Below are positions 62,544 through 64,000 of a stretch of 64,000 nucleotides of DNA, piece by piece. Origin of the DNA: an uncultured Bacteroidales bacterium (GTDB taxonomy: Bacteria; Bacteroidota; Bacteroidia; Bacteroidales; Paludibacteraceae); the NCBI GenBank assembly GCA_900319005.1, contig ONMV01000016.1, positions 13,353 through 77,352 of the forward strand, in the 5' to 3' direction. The notes beneath the pieces were generated by a model. The model saw only the letters and a list, made by a program, of their open reading frames with translations, searched no databases and had not been told where the DNA came from. How positions within the stretch are numbered: position 1 is the stretch's first letter; every line of letters begins with the position of its first letter. Position numbers and translations under genes: made by a program.

Positions 62544-64000
62544 TTAAAGTTTCATGAAATGAAACCATTTTAACTCTTTAAACTTTGCTACAAACCGCTT
62601 CCAGCCGATTACCCAAGCCTCTGGATTAAACAAAGGCGAATCGGTAGCTGCTTTGTAGGTCAGGAAGATCCCGACAGGCAGCAGCACAAAGGAGCTCAGC
62701 CACATTCCTGCCCAACAAGGCCATAACGCCTCGCGAGCCATCTTATATCCCGTGTTATCTATTATATAATAGATAATAAACAGTATCACGGAGATAATAA
62801 CGGGCGCTCCCAAACCGCCTTTGCGAATGATCGTTCCAAGCGGTGCTCCGATGAAAAAGAAGATTAGACAGGCAAAAGCCAACGTAAATTTGCGATATAG
62901 TTCTATCTCATGTTTACGGATATATCGATTCGAATCATCGAGTATGATCGCCTGATAATCAATCTGATCCCGATAAGTACAAGCTCTCTCATGCGCGATG
63001 GAGAGCACTTGTTTTTGCTGATTGACATTCAGCGAAGCCCATAACGAATCCCAATTATATAGCGTTCGTTGCTCATCCGACAATTTCTCCGGCAACTGCA
63101 CATTATTCACACTCTCGCGGTTGAAATAGCGCTCCGAGATCAACTTATCACTCTGTTCCCTGCTCCGCTCGCGAGATACAACACGCACGGAATCAATCGA
63201 TTGTATTAACTGCACTACATCCTTGCTCACATGCTGGTCCTGTAGAACAGAATCGTCCAATCGGTTAAAATCCGTGGAGAAATCTATGAGAATACGCTTC
63301 TTCGAGAATGTCTCGCGGCGGTAAGGTATACTCTTCGTCGTGCCGGTTGCACGTTGTTGTTTCTTATTCAGGTTCTCAAACGTCTCACCATTGATGAGGT
63401 TTAGAATCAAATAATGTCTATCAGCACTCGATGCCAATCGGCCGGTATCGGCTACCATCACTTTCGCATTCTCAAATCCGTCCGAATAATCATAAATCAT
63501 GATCCTCAGCAGAGCGCCATCCCGCGTCTTCGAGTGGACAAAGATATGAAAACCACTTATCTCGTCGTAAAACTCACCCACAGGTATCTCCAATTCGGGA
63601 CTTTTCTGACGAAGCGAAAAAATGAGCGCCCATAATTTCGTTTGGGACTTGGGTAGCACATTATTGCTGAAGAAGAAAGCACCTATACAAAGGAATGTCA
63701 CTGCAATCGCCAACGGTCTCATTATGCGGAATAGAGAGATTCCTGCTGCTTTCATAGCCGTCAATTCCACTTGCTCCGCAAGGTTCCCAAAGCAGATAAG
63801 AGAACTCAGCAATATCGCCAACGGCAACGCTAACGGTACTACCGAAGCAGTAGCGTACAGGAAAAACTCCGCCAATACTGACACACCGATCCCTTTTCCC
63901 ACTAAATCCGTCACGTGCATCCACATGAACTGCATCAATAAGATAAAGATCGCGATAAAAAAAGTAGCAATAAAAAGCCACAGGAAATTCCGCAGCAGAT
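62544..64000 (-). CDS. LptF/LptG-family (YjgP/YjgQ) permease, 5' end outside the window
   Basis: TM-rich ends with a central periplasmic domain. The frame stays open upstream of the TTG at 63938 to the window edge (..LLRNFLWLFIATFFIAIFILL). Confidence 0.8.
   Translation of the reverse strand, partial: LLRNFLWLFIATFFIAIFILLMQFMWMHVTDLVGKGIGVSVLAEFFLYATASVVPLALPLAILLSSLICFGNLAEQVELTAMKAAGISLFRIMRPLAIAVTFLCIGAFFFSNNVLPKSQTKLWALIFSLRQKSPELEIPVGEFYDEISGFHIFVHSKTRDGALLRIMIYDYSDGFENAKVMVADTGRLASSADRHYLILNLINGETFENLNKKQQRATGTTKSIPYRRETFSKKRILIDFSTDFNRLDDSVLQDQHVSKDVVQLIQSIDSVRVVSRERSREQSDKLISERYFNRESVNNVQLPEKLSDEQRTLYNWDSLWASLNVNQQKQVLSIAHERACTYRDQIDYQAIILDDSNRYIRKHEIELYRKFTLAFACLIFFFIGAPLGTIIRKGGLGAPVIISVILFIIYYIIDNTGYKMAREALWPCWAGMWLSSFVLLPVGIFLTYKAATDSPLFNPEAWVIGWKRFVAKFKELKWFHFMKL

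Overview
This 64-kb window looks like a chromosomal segment of a Bacteroidales (Bacteroidota) genome. Nine promoters fit the Bacteroidetes sigma-A layout (T)TTG-N20-TAnnTTTG, several genes appear nearly leaderless, and the gene content fits (TSP3-repeat OmpA, TonB-C protein, DUF2723, PL1 pectate lyase, DUF4143 ATPases). I call about 59 CDS and one tRNA-Glu(CUC). I saw no rRNA, CRISPR array, transposase or integrase. The backbone is housekeeping operons: yebC-rsmG, rlmB-rluA, dsbD, nadE-murB-murA, dnaE-folC-prmA, mnmE-yicC-gmk-nadD-dgt, ubiE, COG0523 GTPase, DUF2723, serB-ftsY, and ribBA with an lptF/G-like gene. There are three accessory patches. (i) 10.4-14.4 kb is a visibly AT-rich islet. 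It encodes a Cys-rich small protein, a secreted retropepsin-Sel1 fusion and a small membrane protein, followed by a RhuM-Doc fusion. (ii) 24.7-35.1 kb is an AT-rich sugar-modification module (aminotransferase, LbH acyltransferase, ACP, KASIII, SDR, KASIII, GT2, acyltransferase-3) bracketed by two DUF4143 AAA ATPase genes. (iii) 47.7-57.6 kb is a Wzx/Wzy polysaccharide locus that ends in a PglC/WcfS-like initiating transferase plus a PglE/WcfR-like aminotransferase. The most unusual sequence-level signals are three. First, short tandem 'word' repeats (7-16 bp units) sit at many gene junctions and also in-frame inside housekeeping genes (rluA-family, nadD, folC, prmA, ribBA, pectate lyase). Second, a canonical orphan promoter drives about 450 nt of ORF-poor sequence with serial terminators. 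Third, the wzx 3' end is frameshifted. Functional claims rest on motif recognition by eye, and no database search was possible. No single novel multi-gene system can be proven from this sequence alone. The best candidates are ranked in the findings.
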